A program made the position numbers and the translations under genes. DNA of 64,000 nucleotides from Haliotis rubra (Eukaryota): positions 248,001-312,000 of the forward strand of contig NW_025766747.1 in assembly GCF_003918875.1 (NCBI RefSeq), read 5' to 3'. The notes under the pieces were generated by a model. That model had not been told where the DNA came from. It saw only the letters and a program-made list of their open reading frames with translations, and ran no database searches. The number at the start of each line of letters is the position of its first letter. Position 1 is the stretch's first letter. Of this stretch, positions 24,428 through 37,262 are shown one piece after another.

Positions 24428-25288
24428 TTATTGTTCAAATAGGATGTCTTCAGTAGGAGGTAATGATTGTAGCTGCATCTCTGTGGCTAAGTTTCGAATC
24501 TTTTCTGCGATTTTAGTTGTGTTTCTCTCCCTCCACTTAATTACCTTATAGCAGAAATAAAACAAAGTAACAACGTTTACAACAAAGCAAGCAAAAGCCA
24601 AGAAGGTGTCCAACACTTCCATGGCCTTTCCAAGGTCGTTGAGAGACAGCCATGTCTCTTTGTGACTGGGAAGTAATGAACTATTCGTTATTAAGCCTGG
24701 GACGATCACCAGTGGGTTCTTTCCACTGGACACGGAGTCCACTACCGTGGTGAAAATCTTCTGTAGGTCCTTGATACTGCTGATGAGTATCCATGCGGGC
24801 AGAATAGTCAGAAAAGCATCCTCCACAACTCGCCATATCTTACCTCCACAACACAGTAGTAGGAAGGATTGCATTGTACACAGCGGTTCCTCAGGCTCTA
24901 GAATCAAGTCACTGAAGGCACATAAGGTCGGTTTACTTAGTGCTATAAGGTTGGTATCTTTCGAAACGATGTATACGTTGGGATACTTGCCCCTTCCCAG
25001 AAACACGTCTCTCGTGGCCTTGATGGAGTTGTTGTCGTAGCAGTCCCGCACCAGTTTGATGGAGAAGGTGGCAAGACCTGCCGCCAGCGCCAGACTAGCT
25101 CCCACCACGCCGATGTGAGAGGACTCAGTGAAGTCTTTGAAGGTCCAGCCTGACCCAAACAGAACAAAACCACTACCAGTCATACCAAAGACCGAGAAAA
25201 TGATTCGGAGGATGTTCAGGGTCCGGTGTTTTTTATCAAGTTTGTCAGCAATTTTGTTTAAACTGCTCTTGAAACCCTCGGGCTCCAT
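24428..25288 (-). CDS. Apolipoprotein L family-like membrane protein (single long coding exon)
   Basis: ApoL-like pattern LNKIADKLDKKHRTLNI, two Gly/Ala-rich hydrophobic segments, and C-terminal FVVNVVTLFY...TKIAEKIRNLATEMQ. Acceptor ttcttccag lies just upstream (exon start 25306); ATG at 25288; upstream exons not identified (gap at 25452). Confidence 0.65.
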   Translation of the reverse strand: MEPEGFKSSLNKIADKLDKKHRTLNILRIIFSVFGMTGSGFVLFGSGWTFKDFTESSHIGVVGASLALAAGLATFSIKLVRDCYDNNSIKATRDVFLGRGKYPNVYIVSKDTNLIALSKPTLCAFSDLILEPEEPLCTMQSFLLLCCGGKIWRVVEDAFLTILPAWILISSIKDLQKIFTTVVDSVSSGKNPLVIVPGLITNSSLLPSHKETWLSLNDLGKAMEVLDTFLAFACFVVNVVTLFYFCYKVIKWRERNTTKIAEKIRNLATEMQLQSLPPTEDILFEQ

Positions 25289-25451
25289 CTTGTGACTTGG
25301 TTTTAACTGGAAGAAAAACACTTTGATATAGAAGTGTTGGAAATTCCTACGTTCTAAGAATCATTGCATGTCTATTCTGAAACCAAGGATACTGACACCA
25401 GAGGAAGGTTGCACTCGTTCGCAGAAAGAAGGAGTCGTAAATATAATTGTT

Positions 25452-25645
25452 NNNNNNNNNNNNNNNNNNNNNNNNNNNNNNNNNNNNNNNNNNNNNNNNN
25501 NNNNNNNNNNNNNNNNNNNNNNNNNNNNNNNNNNNNNNNNNNNNNNNNNNNNNNNNNNNNNNNNNNNNNNNNNNNNNNNNNNNNNNNNNNNNNNNNNNNN
25601 NNNNNNNNNNNNNNNNNNNNNNNNNNNNNNNNNNNNNNNNNNNNN
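25452..25645. other. Assembly gap (N run)
   Basis: Run of n. Confidence 0.99.
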
Positions 25646-26256
25646 CATACTCACACGACTTTCTGTACGATCTGCAGGACACTAAGGTTTATTGCTCAAC
25701 TGGAGTCGAATCATGTTTACCTTTAAATCACATTTTATACACGTTAGATGTCCCTGCATACCTGTGGCCCACCAGGGTAAATGGTGGTGTTTGTTGTGAG
25801 AGCATAGTACTCCTCTCCTTTACAGACGTACCCAACATTATGTGTCTGAATATGTTGTCACTTTCAATTCAGTGTTGTAGGCGCTGTACAAAACATGTCC
25901 GCGTCGGCATTTGTAGACGTCATGTTATCATTGTTATGTTTGATATATGTTATTTCTCCAGTGACTCGCCTTTGAATTACAAAGGACCTGTTCGGCGAAA
26001 TCCTTCGCAATATATTGCCTAACATTCCTAGGCTGTGGATATTAACAGAATGTCTGAGACAACAGTTCGAGATATCAGCACCATCTATATTTCACTACCC
26101 TGTTGTTTCATGTGTCTCCTGTGATAATGAGCCGGATGGGACACACCCACGCAACCTGACTTTTTGGTTGCCGCTGAATAAATGGTAGTCTGTAAATGCA
26201 GTTTTCATTGCCACACAATTAGCGTCGTCTTCCAACAAATATTCCCATTAGAGTAG

Positions 26257-26385
26257 GTGAGTTTTACGCCGCACACGGTAATATTCCAGCTATATGGCAG
26301 CTGTCTGTAAATAATCGAATCTAGAGCAGATAATTCAGTGATCAACAGCATGAGCATCGATCTACGCAATTGGGATACGATGACA
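26257..26385 (-). mobile_element. SINE family B 3' fragment
   Basis: ttttacgccgcac...aatattccagctatatggc...gagcatcgatctacgcaattggga. Confidence 0.75.
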
Positions 26386-26709
26386 GTTGTTTATTTTACA
26401 TAACGTTGTCGGAATTGTGGCTGCCCGACTGACCAAGGGTCGATAATGTCCCTCTACTGGCACATTCCGGACTTCACGTAATCCCGTGCTGTGACTACAC
26501 AGGCGGTATAGACTCCATCACGGGGACAGCAACTCCACCCACGGCCGAATGACTTATCCACTGTTGAAGTTCTAATCCAAGCTTCAAAGTACATGTAAAT
26601 ACAACCTAGTGCTGAATCCAGCTCAGGTGCCCGAATAGATGAATATATAAAATAATGTTTTTACGATATGTGTCAAGTATCAAGGGAAAAATTGTCCATA
26701 CCATGACCT

Positions 26710-27021
26710 AATGCAGATGAATTGCACGAGAATCATGCATCAAATTGCTGAAAGCATGTACAAATATCGTACATGTGAACAGCTGCGTGTTGTTGTAAAG
26801 TTTTGTTAAGAATTCGCAAAATTTCACCGAGTTTCATCATTTATTGAACTCATGATAATAATCTTTTCAACGTAACGAATTTGTTTTACAATGCATCAGT
26901 TCGTGTGTAAACAGTACCTTTAAACGGTATGGAATATTTTGCAAAATTTAGTTTAGAACAGTTGACTGAAGTAAGTGGCTATATTTACATTAGTGAGTCT
27001 AAACTTTTGATGGGTAGTATA
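26710..27021. mobile_element. Partial Tc1/mariner-type MITE, same family as 47895-48321, opposite orientation
   Basis: Matches the reverse complement of 47895-48200 and ends in TIR agtgagtctaaacttttgatgggtagtata. Confidence 0.75.
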
Positions 27022-27593
27022 CATTACGTTAAACTGTGTAGTTGAGAAGGACCTGAGCATGTGTCATGCCTGCAACAAGCTGGACAAGACTAAGTAAGAA
27101 TTGTAATAATGGTGTTGTAAGAATAATGTGTCCACTTGGTACTTGTAATCTCCACACTTATATTGTCCTTTATTGAATCGATCATCACACTAACAACACT
27201 CCACCCTGGGTAATTTCATTGTGAATCAACCTAAACGGATACACAATGGCGTTTAGCGAAGGTGGTGGGGGGCCAATTATCCGAGCTGTGAGGTGTTGGT
27301 TAAGTTAGGCTCATGAAAGTATACATGGGGGAGGAGGTGCGGAAGGGGAGTTGTCATTGTCGGGGTAAGTTCTGCCTTCGTACTAAAGAAAGAAATATCT
27401 TGCCAAGAATGCACTATATCTTATTTCATAATATTAACATATACCCAATCCCGGTAATTATGATTTCGCCGAGCTCCCCATGTCTGAGAGTGAACATTGT
27501 ATAATTAACAACTGGGAGAGTTCATCACACCAACTTCTAAATGCCACTCAAAGAAGTTATTGTATAGTTACTTGTAATATTACTTCACCAAGT

Positions 27594-27833
27594 ACCCGTG
27601 AAGGTCCGGGTTAGAATGAGCCTTCAGTAACCCATGCTTGTAAGAGGCGACTAACGGGATCGGGTGGTCAGGCTCGCTGACTTTGTTGACACATGTCATC
27701 GGTTCCCAATTGCGCAGATCGATGCTCATGCTGTTGATCACTGGATTGTCTGCTCCAGACTCGATTATTTACAGACCGCCGCCATATAGCTGGAATATTG
27801 CTGAGTGCGGCGTACAACTAAACTCACTCACTC
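27594..27833 (+). mobile_element. SINE family B, full length, with target-site duplication
   Basis: Flanked by cttcaccaagt on both sides; (ACTC)n tail. Confidence 0.9.
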
Positions 27834-28212
27834 ACTTCACCAAGTGTTAGATGCAGGTAGATACATACAATGTATAAGCATGTGTTGCATAAACCCTCAT
27901 GTTGACTACATACCTGCCTGGCTGAAGCTCCGGTTGTCGTGATCTGAGGACCAGGTGAGATCTACACGGAATTCCCCTTTAATTAACAATCTCCATTAAT
28001 ATTTTACGACATTGGCCGGATACTGTTCTGCAAATAGTCACATTGGAAACCGGTTTCTCAGCCGTCATAGCCACCGAAGTTACTCGACAGAATAAGACCG
28101 ACACGACCGAGATCAGACAACGTTTTTTTCCGTGTTTCTTCAGTCTGTGCTACCTTCTGCTTCTTGTATACATATGAGGGTATCATAAATAGGTCTGGCC
28201 GACTTTCGTGTT

Positions 28213-28535
28213 AGAAGAAGAAGAAGAAGAAGAAAATATTTTTATTTGTGTGTCACATGTTATATATAAAACACATAGACACTTTAAAACACTCAGTAAA
28301 ATATAACAGCCTGCCATATGACCTATGACACACAAGACACTACATTATACCTAAAACAGATAGTAGTGAATAAAATATCACAGCTTTGTAAGCAACAGTG
28401 GAGTGTGGTATATTTAATTTCATAACTACAAAGTGCGTTTACGTATAGTTAAGAAGAAGAAAGAAGAAACTATTTTTATTTGTGTGTCACATGTTATATA
28501 TAACACAAACATAGACACTTTAAATCACTCAAAAA
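28213..28535 (-). mobile_element. Duplicated LINE 3'-UTR ends with (TTC)n tails
   Basis: agaagaag...tttatttgtgtgtcacatgttatatata occurs at about 28213 and 28451 and resembles the 3' end of the 51-52 kb LINE. Confidence 0.55.
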
Positions 28536-28867
28536 ATATATATATTTTATATAACATTCGATAAGATATACCAGTCACGCCCGGAACACGCCCACACGCT
28601 ACAGTCACGTCTTTTATCTGCGGCCAATCATGTTTTATCAGGATTTTACTTTTTAGCGGACGTTGAGAAATTAATACTCCTCTCTAGCTGTGAACACCCT
28701 TTAAAATATGTCCCAGAAGCTGCTGTAATATGCTTGTATTGCGTCAAAAATATTTGTATAAATAATGTATATTTTTATACTCATATCATCGTCTAACTAT
28801 TTAACGCATATTCATTTCATACAGTATTTCAATACTCATTCTATGATGTACATTTTATGTTCTATAT

Positions 28868-28988
28868 CTCGTCTCTCATAACTCCATATAGGAGTGGCAT
28901 ATATACTTTTACTTACTGTGTATAAATTGAATGTAATAATTTATATGTATATATGGTGAGACTTTAATAAACAATCTGTCTGTCTGTG
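28868..28988 (+). mobile_element. LINE 3'-UTR end
   Basis: gtctctcataac...gtgagac...aataaa-(tctg)n, as at 33990-34107. Confidence 0.6.
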
Positions 28989-29649
28989 TATTGTGCACAG
29001 TCGGGTCAACATTGACTTGTGAGCATATGAACAGGTGGGCGGAAGTAAAGGGGACACTTATAACATTTCTTGGTTACTCACTATGTTTTCATAAAAGCGC
29101 ATGTCTATTATCCACAGATCCCATAACTTAAATTTCAAATGGTAATGATAAGAAGTATGTTCAAACAAAATGGCATATGTTTAATTGGGGACCCTTGTAT
29201 TATCCTTGCTATGTCCTGCAGTGTACCGGCTGTGTCTGTCTCACATTTCTACCTCCATATTGTCAACTGTCATCAGAATATTATATTTGATTGTCATGTT
29301 TGAAGTTTGTGAGGAACAAGAAAGACAAGATACTTTATGGATGACAAAAGGTTTTCTTGCTTGACAACGGCAGAAGAATCTGTACCAAAATGTCATATCA
29401 TAATGTAATAAAGAAGTTGACATCCATAAATTATATTACCTTCGTGTTTCGTGAGAATACTAATAAATCTTCCCACAGCCCTCTCTGACTTGCAGTCCGT
29501 CTACACATATAAAGCTGTCCCACAGGTGCAGCTGGAGGTCAACAGATATCCGTCATGTACTGGCATTAGGAATACGTCGATGAAAACATCATGACGTGCA
29601 CGTGCATTTGATGTAGTGTTGGGAATTGGTTGAATTCTCACAATTGATG

Positions 29650-29829
29650 GGGGCGGTGGGGTAGCCTAGTGGTTAAAGCGTCCGCTCGTCGCACCGAAGA
29701 CCCGGGTTCGATTCCCCACTTTGGTACAATGTATGAAGCCCATTTCTGGTGTTCCCCGCCGTGATGTTGCTGGAATATTGCTAAAAGCGGCGTAAAACCA
29801 AACTCAGTCAGTCAGTCAGTCAGTCAGTC
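29650..29829 (+). mobile_element. tRNA-derived SINE family A, full length, with target-site duplication
   Basis: A box gtagcctagtgg, B box gggttcgattcc, (AGTC)n tail; flanked by cacaattgatg repeats. Confidence 0.9.
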
Positions 29830-30720
29830 ACAATTGATGACTGGTTCATTATCAACGAGCAATCACCGAAACAAACATTGGTTAGCATCATTTTTCAGAT
29901 TTTCCTGTTCAGTTTGTTTTTGCTATACATATAAGTATAAAGAAAAACATGTGATTCTCTCTTGTTGTCTTCTTTTGTTTTCTATTTAGAAACTGAGCAA
30001 ATTGCATTTGCAAACTTCACGTGAAATGATGCAACTTGCTACTTTGAAAGTGATGACTGGGATATCAGGAACATAAACTGCCCAGAGTCTTCAAGAAATA
30101 TTCAGTCATTACTATTCAGAAAGTGAAGTGAGTTTTCTTAGCATTAAACACGTTTTCAGGCCCTGACAACTTCTAAGATATGTTCCAACGTCGAGTATTT
30201 CAAACACTAAAACAGTAGTGACACAATCGTTTGTGTTTGATTATGAGAAAATGTGATCGATTGCTTGGTCATTGATTATTTCAATTAATTGGACCACCAC
30301 TAATTTGATGTAATCATTCGGGATTCATTGGAACAAATACACTGTCAGGTGTGACGGGTGTTCTCACAAATTAAACTGTAAATATCTGAAATATACACTG
30401 GACACATTCTGGGGAGGTTCAAACCCCATCTTTCCTCCACCCATAATCAGACATGCTCATACATACTATCATATACATGTATTATAAAAACCCAACATAG
30501 TGATTTGCAACATATTTATTTTATTTATTTTATACAAAATAATGCAGATAATTATCTGAAAAAGAATGCCAAGGGAAAAGAATTCACTTTCACATGAACA
30601 CACTGGCATTGAATACAGATACTACATCTTGCAGTGTCTGTTATATTGAAAACACTGTTACAACATTTCAGTGATAGTAGCACTAGTTTGAGAATCGTTG
30701 GCTAGACATATCACCTGGAA

Positions 30721-31767
30721 TTAGGGGTAGTTTTCCGTGTTCCTGGTGGAGGGTATAGAACTGAAAGACTGTCGTGTATATGGGGACACATGATAATGAA
30801 GGTTTTCATCAGCACAGGACCCTTGGGAGCTCACTTGAGGCATATAGGTTCCATTCTGGGGAGAGCTGGAGAGAGGGGAGCCGGTCAGGGAGCTGTTGAT
30901 GCTGCTGGCGTTGTAGTAGCCGGCTGGTGGAGAGTAGACTGTAGGAGATCCCATTGTCCAAGGACTGGAATCAGGCTTGCTCGATATGCTGTAGGGGTGT
31001 CTCTGGGTCAGTCCCTGGGGTAAAGAGCCGAGACTGAGGGGGTTGAAACCTGTGTAAGGAGATGGGCCCCCATACCATCCGAATAACTGTCCATAAGAAC
31101 TAGCAGGATGGAATGGAAGATCATCTCGACGTTGCTTTTGTGCCGACTTGAAACGTTTGGAACGACGAAGGAAACTACCGTTACCGAACATGTCCCCACA
31201 AGATGGATGCAGAGCCCACAGGTTACCCTTGCCTGGTTTCCCTGGAGGTCGGGGCACCTTGACGAAACAGTCATTGAGGGAGAGGTTGTGTCTGATGGAG
31301 TTCTGCCATCTCCGTTGGTTGTCTTGGTAGTAGGGAAATCTCTTGATGATGTAGTTGTAGATGTCGTTGAGAGTCATCATGCCTGTAGTGGAACTCTCGA
31401 CGGCCATGGTGATGAGAGCCACGTATGAATAGGGAGGCTTCTTGTTGGAAAATTGTCTGCTTTGCTGGGACAGAGTTGACGTTCCTGAGACAGTGCCTAG
31501 ACTTGTGTCTTCTTCCCCATCGTTGTCGGAGCTCAAGGAGGAAGATGGTGATGGCAAGGTGATGTGGTCGTTGTCTGGAGAATGTTGCTGTTGAAGGGGG
31601 TCCCTCATGTCTATAGGAGAGAGTTCAGACCTGACGTCGGGTTCACGTACACCAAACTTGGACGAAGTAGGGTGATGTTGTGTTGCATATAGCGGTGCCA
31701 TCGTCATAGCCGTTGATGGGTCAGCAACAGCACCTCCATACTGAAACGTTGTTGGATTAAACAGCAT
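30721..31767 (-). CDS. foxAB: FoxAB-like forkhead transcription factor, copy 2 (348 aa, intronless)
   Basis: Intact ORF with forkhead domain; TATA at 31842-31849 and TAATCC at 31859-31864 upstream; AATAAA signals near 30515-30530. Confidence 0.9.
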   Translation of the reverse strand: MLFNPTTFQYGGAVADPSTAMTMAPLYATQHHPTSSKFGVREPDVRSELSPIDMRDPLQQQHSPDNDHITLPSPSSSLSSDNDGEEDTSLGTVSGTSTLSQQSRQFSNKKPPYSYVALITMAVESSTTGMMTLNDIYNYIIKRFPYYQDNQRRWQNSIRHNLSLNDCFVKVPRPPGKPGKGNLWALHPSCGDMFGNGSFLRRSKRFKSAQKQRRDDLPFHPASSYGQLFGWYGGPSPYTGFNPLSLGSLPQGLTQRHPYSISSKPDSSPWTMGSPTVYSPPAGYYNASSINSSLTGSPLSSSPQNGTYMPQVSSQGSCADENLHYHVSPYTRQSFSSIPSTRNTENYP

Positions 31768-33189
31768 TTTGTATTCTCAGAGAATCCTGTATACTGTACT
31801 CGAGCAGCAGTGAGACTATACCTACATACTGGGCCGGGGTGTATATATATCCGTGTAATAATCCCCAAAGAAAACAACTAGTTGCAAACATTTCTCCAAG
31901 TACAAAAAGGGTAGTTATTGTTAATGTACACTGATTGGACTAAATCCACAATGCCCCGCGAGAGGTGTGGCTAGTTTGTCAGTATTGTATTTTCCGAAGT
32001 GCTATTGGCTACTGCATCACAGTTACCCCGCCTACTTGTCCGCAGCTCCTCAAGTAACCACGCCTCTATTTTCGCCTTGGTCACCAGTGTGTTGTTTTAA
32101 CCATGTTGGCCTTGCAGTTGTTTCTCACGAACGTGTTCAGTCATTTTGTAAAATGAATGATGTTGTTTTGCTTAGGCGATGAACTGAAAAATCTGTAAAT
32201 TTAGTTTACCAAGATAACGAATTTCAAACAAGTTTATTAAGAATTCCATTTCCCATAAGATTATATAAACATCAAAACAAGAAGTTTATACCTTTTGGAT
32301 TCTGACCAAGTATGATAAATCTTTGTAATATTTTCTGCATAATGTTTAATCGGTCTGTTAAAAAAATGCACAGATTTATGGTTTAAACATATTTGTATTT
32401 CGCCAAAGCCGAAACCTGTATAAGAGAACAAGCCTGGTGGCTTATATAAACGCCGCTCCAGTATATTTTTCCAATGACTGGATACATAAATGAAATAATT
32501 TGGCAACAAAAGAATAATAGAGAGACAAAATAACAGATATATGATTGAGTAATGAATATGTTCGTTATGGTGTTGGTTATGCCTAGCAACGAAATGAGCT
32601 GCTGCAGAAAATCAAGTTATATAAAATTTGTCTTACACTGAATATATATTTTGAGGTGATAATCACTGGAAGCGGTTACTTTTAGAAATGAACTGGTGTA
32701 ATGAGTTGATAATTTTACTATTAGTTGAGTTATTCAATGCGCCGTTACCGTATAAAGTAGTTTTAACATCGTATCCTTGAATATGAAAATACACAGATTT
32801 ATCAGCCAGTTAAATAAGGTCTGAAATGTTTTGGCATTTTATTTATTTGATATTATCGTATCAATTTACGATATAGATGCTTATACAGATATGGGGTAGT
32901 GGGGTGTACACATCGACACAAGCGAGCCACGGTAAATATGAGTTATTTGTGACCTACTGTGTACATGTTGTATATGAACATATAGTACTGGTGAGATATA
33001 ATGACGGTATGTAAGTTGTTTATGCTTGTTCTCATGTTGTCAGTGTTAATAATCGCGGGAAGCGCCACGTGCTGCCAGCATGCTGACGGAAAGAATCATC
33101 CCAAACCGAACATTTTCCAAATAGGAAACAGTCGAAGTTAACAGAGAAACTTGTTTACACAGAAGCTGCACATCTGATCGGGAGGTATC

Positions 33190-34107
33190 CGCAGTAAATG
33201 CTGCCCACCATCGTGCTTTGAGATTTTTCTTGGGGGTGGGTAAATATGCACCTAACGTTGCAGTGAATGGAGATATGGGATGGATCCCTCCAATTGTTAG
33301 ACAATGGATATGTATTGTTAGACAATACTGTCGTTTTAGAAAAATGTCTTTTAGAATAAATAAGTATGTATTTATATGGTCGGAGAGTTGTGCGAGTGGA
33401 TGTGTGAGAAATTGGAATTTCCGAGTAAAAGCAAGGTTAAATGAATGGAAGCTGATGTTAATGTTAAACGGGTATGCGAGAAGGTGCGAGATATTTGTAT
33501 GCAGAAGTATGTGAATGATTGGTATGATTTATTACACAAGCCAAGCGGTAGAACGGGAGGTAATAAATTACGAACGTATCGAATGTTTAAGGATGTGTAT
33601 GGCTGTGAAAGCCTTCTCCAAATTCAGATCAGGTACTGCTCCTCTGCATTTGGAAACCGGCAGATATACAAATGTGAATGTGAATGAGAGGGTATGTTTT
33701 CAGTGCAGTGAGAGTGTTGAGGATGAAAGACACGTTCTGTTGTATTGCCCTATGTATGATGATTTGCGTGAAAGTTTATATGAAAATGTCTGTTTTAGCT
33801 ATCCCAACTTCTTAGATCTTTGTGATGATGATAAGTTAGTTTTACTTTTTAAACACCATGTATATTTCAGTGCCAAAACCTGCTTTTATATCTTGCAAAG
33901 AAGAAAACATATTTTATACGGATAGATTTTACATTGTATGTACCTATATAATTATTTATTATTTAGTATTTATAATGTTTTAATACATTAGTCTCTCATA
34001 ACCCTTAAAGGGTGGCTCACTTATATGCTATATTTTTAAAATATATTTATATATGTATTTTATGTGAGGTGAGACTGAAATAAAATATCTGTCTGTCTGT
34101 CTGTCTG
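33190..34107 (+). mobile_element. 5'-truncated non-LTR retrotransposon (ORF2 C-terminus plus 3' UTR), frameshifted
   Basis: RFFLGVGKYAPNVAVNGDMGW, GNKLRTYRMFK, FRSGTAPLHLETGRY...CFQC..VEDERHVLLYC; ends aataaa-(tctg)n. Confidence 0.85.
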
Positions 34108-34771
34108 AAATATGTATTGAACAATGAAAAACCTCACGTAAGACCTAACTGACAAAATGCTGCTGGTCATTGATTGTTTATGAAGACAATATTGATTTCT
34201 CCTTATTTATGAGGGGAGTTCATAATCGTGCATCAAATATACATGTACTGTAGGGAACATAAATCATGAAGGTACACTTTTATTGTTTAATTTCTATGTG
34301 AGCCATTAAGCATCTTCAAGTATGTTAATAAAATTCACATTCTTTAAAAATGTTTTCCCGTATCTAAATATTGATGACTGCCTATATATAATTCAATTTG
34401 AACAATGTTGGACAAATCCATTTCACGGACAGGAGAGTGTATTTGGTATTTCCTTAATAGTCTAAACAAACCCCCATCGAAACAAAGAAAAGAGAGTTCT
34501 CAAACGTATTCACATCTCATTCTATAAACTAGCGTCTTTCAGTTTATGACGTCATCAAGTTGTAAGCGCATGTACCAATCTCCAGAGATAGAGCTATGTT
34601 TCATTGTGGTATACACCACGCATCGCCATTCATTGTTCTTTTCTGTTTTTCGCTATGTTATATATGACAGTAGTATCTACTCGGATGGTGTGGAATGACA
34701 TCACGTAGGGGGATGACGTTGTATTGTAGTAGCGTACCACACGCAACATAAGGTGCAGCTCCCATCGATAA

Positions 34772-34910
34772 TTATGACACGAGTAATCGTACAGGGGAGA
34801 CTTTGGACTCGGCTAATGGGTTGTCTCAACACTTATTGACATCACAATGTATCAACATCATACCTTGAATTAATCGATTATCACAGTAACAACATCTTTG
34901 TCAGCAACTA
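34772..34910. promoter_or_regulatory. Module A upstream of Fox copy 2
   Basis: gagtaatcgtacaggggagactt...gttgtctcaacacttattgacatcacaa. Confidence 0.5.
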
Positions 34911-35047
34911 CATCTTTAGTGACACGTAGAAATAGGGAAGTGATGACACTTTCAGTAACTATGTCTTCATTGTATGTGGGAAGGTTTGTCTGCCCTTTTC
35001 CTTAAGATCTCTTATGAGCTTCTATAGCTCCTCTGTTGCATTTGTTG

Positions 35048-35292
35048 CCCGTGAAGGTCCGGGTTAGAATATTGGCCTTCAGTAACCCATGCTTGTCGTA
35101 AGAGGCAACGCTCGCTGGTGGTCACGCTCGCTGACTTTGTTGACATACATGTCATCGGTTCCCAACTGCGCAGATCGATGCTCATGCTGTTGATCACTGG
35201 ATTGTCTGGTCCAGACTCGATTATTTACAGACCGCCGCAATATAGCTGGAATATTGCTGAGTGCGGCGTAAAACCAAACTCATTTGCTCACT
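35048..35292 (+). mobile_element. SINE family B
   Basis: cccgtgaaggtccgggttagaat...gcggcgtaaaaccaaactc. Confidence 0.9.
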
Positions 35293-35505
35293 GTAGCATT
35301 TGTTGGGAAGAGGCTATATCTTTCAAATTTGAATAAGCTCCCTACATGGTTCGTCTGTCCCAGGAGCGTGTTCTTGCTGTTATGTACAGGACACGCACAT
35401 TAATACCAGACACCTGTGTGTCCCATATATTCATGGAGTGGCAACAGGGTGATACGTTAATGCCAGATCTTTCATGTCACCGCACAAGAAACACGATTAA
35501 ATCAA

Positions 35506-35760
35506 AACTGGATTAGGATTAAAATTGCGGTCGACTTAGAGAATTTCTATTGTTTTATCAAATACAGATTATCACTGTTGTTCGAAGTAAGTACAATATT
35601 GATCCAATTACACTTTGCTTTTTCTGTCTAATTAAGATTCGGTTGTAACAATGTGCGTTATTCCTTTACGGCGAGGAATATCGACACTGGCCTATGTAAA
35701 CATACATGTCCGTCATGGTCTAGATTCAAGGCGACAAAGATGGCGACAAGAACGGCATTC
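35506..35760. promoter_or_regulatory. Module B upstream of Fox copy 2
   Basis: aaactggattaggatt...ttgttttatca..cagattat...gtacaatattgat...aagatggcgaca. Confidence 0.5.
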
Positions 35761-37157
35761 CTGTATGCGGCAAATGCCAATTTCACAGCTGGCTTAATTT
35801 GAATCGCTTAAACTTGATTTGGATTTAATTACATAAACAACCTTCCGCCATAAGGATGATGACCTTGCACGCTTATGGGCTGATACCGGGTGTCTTGTAA
35901 GAAAAGATTCATCTACATGCTGTTTGCGGTGTTTAAACACAAGTGACAGTCTTATTAACTTGTAGTCATCTCCTTTATTTCCGTTGAAAACTTTCAACTT
36001 AGAAATGACGATGCATGAGGTACGCTGGGCATGTTTTCATAGGTATATGGTCAATGACAACAAGACTGAAGGGACTCTTCTAATATTATCTGTCATTATG
36101 TCTGTCGGGGCATAATGGAAATTTGTCTCCAGTCTCTGTGAAGTATACACCAATAACGTTGGCTACACTGTGAAGTGAAAAGTGAGTGAAATCACATTAA
36201 AGTTCACAAGACATGGACTGAAGAATAACTGTGCTAGATGTTTAGCAAGTGGTGATAATACGAGCCTGTATGTGGTACACTATGTGACAATCACAACCAC
36301 ATTCCGAGTTCAACTTCCACCTTATTACCCACTACATGTTACATGCCGAATGTCATACACTTCAAAAGTCTCCGTTACAAGTTACACGTGTTTCTCTTCA
36401 TCATGCCAGCTTCTAAATGCCACTTAAAGACACAATACGACGTATACTACTCGGTATATTGAGCGAATAGTTATTACATGTTAATGTTCGCACCGTTCTC
36501 TGTTAATCATGAAGTCTTCTAATTAGGAAACGGTTTCCAAGTCCCAGCTAAAAAACATATCCCTTCCGACAGTCATACCTGGACTAAAGTCTACTGCCAT
36601 GTGATTGTGTCCCCAATGACAGAGTTTAAATTGATACCGTAGTATATTCGTAGCGCTATGAGCATAGTGTAGTGTATGGAGTTGGCGCCATATAAATGGA
36701 CTCATTATTATATGCACATCCATCCATTCCACTGAATCTGTCAACAAATACAACTTAGCAAACACAGATGTAAATAATTCAACTACGCTGCCAGTTGTTC
36801 GAGGATGTGATATCTTAATTGTTTCTGCTCGAGATTGTCCAGGTACGGGCCACTAAAAGTTAATTGAGAAACTTGTTTGTACAGAAACTACATCTGTATG
36901 AAAATGCATGGCGAGGGACCTTTGAGTCATTATCTTGATTATCTTGATTATCTTACAAACAATGCCATAATCTGCCATATCCTGATTGTACTACGGTAGA
37001 CGCAGCAGGGTGATTGCGTGCCAGTGTACATGCGTGCGTCAATGTGGTTGATAGGTGTGGTTGCGTGTGCTGTTGTAACTTTTGTGTGATTATAATATGT
37101 TATCATTCTGTGTTTTATTTGAATTCTCTTACTTTATTGTATTACTGTGATATTTTG

Positions 37158-37262
37158 TGTCTCATAGGCCATATGGTCGAGTGGTTTGTTATATTTATTG
37201 TATGTATTCATTGTATTGTATTCTATTGTAAAAGCACGTGACACTTTAATAAACATTTTCTC
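37158..37262 (+). mobile_element. LINE 3'-UTR end
   Basis: tgtctcataggcc...gtgacactttaataaac, as at 52155-52250. Confidence 0.55.

Noticed and set aside
25347-26022. ORFs spanning N runs (also at 44.8-45.2 kb and 60.4-60.8 kb)
   Set aside because: Artefacts of assembly gaps.
29650-29720. tRNA-like sequence
   Set aside because: It is the head of a SINE (body, tail and target-site duplication follow), not a tRNA gene; the same applies to the other family A copies and probably to 58470-58530.
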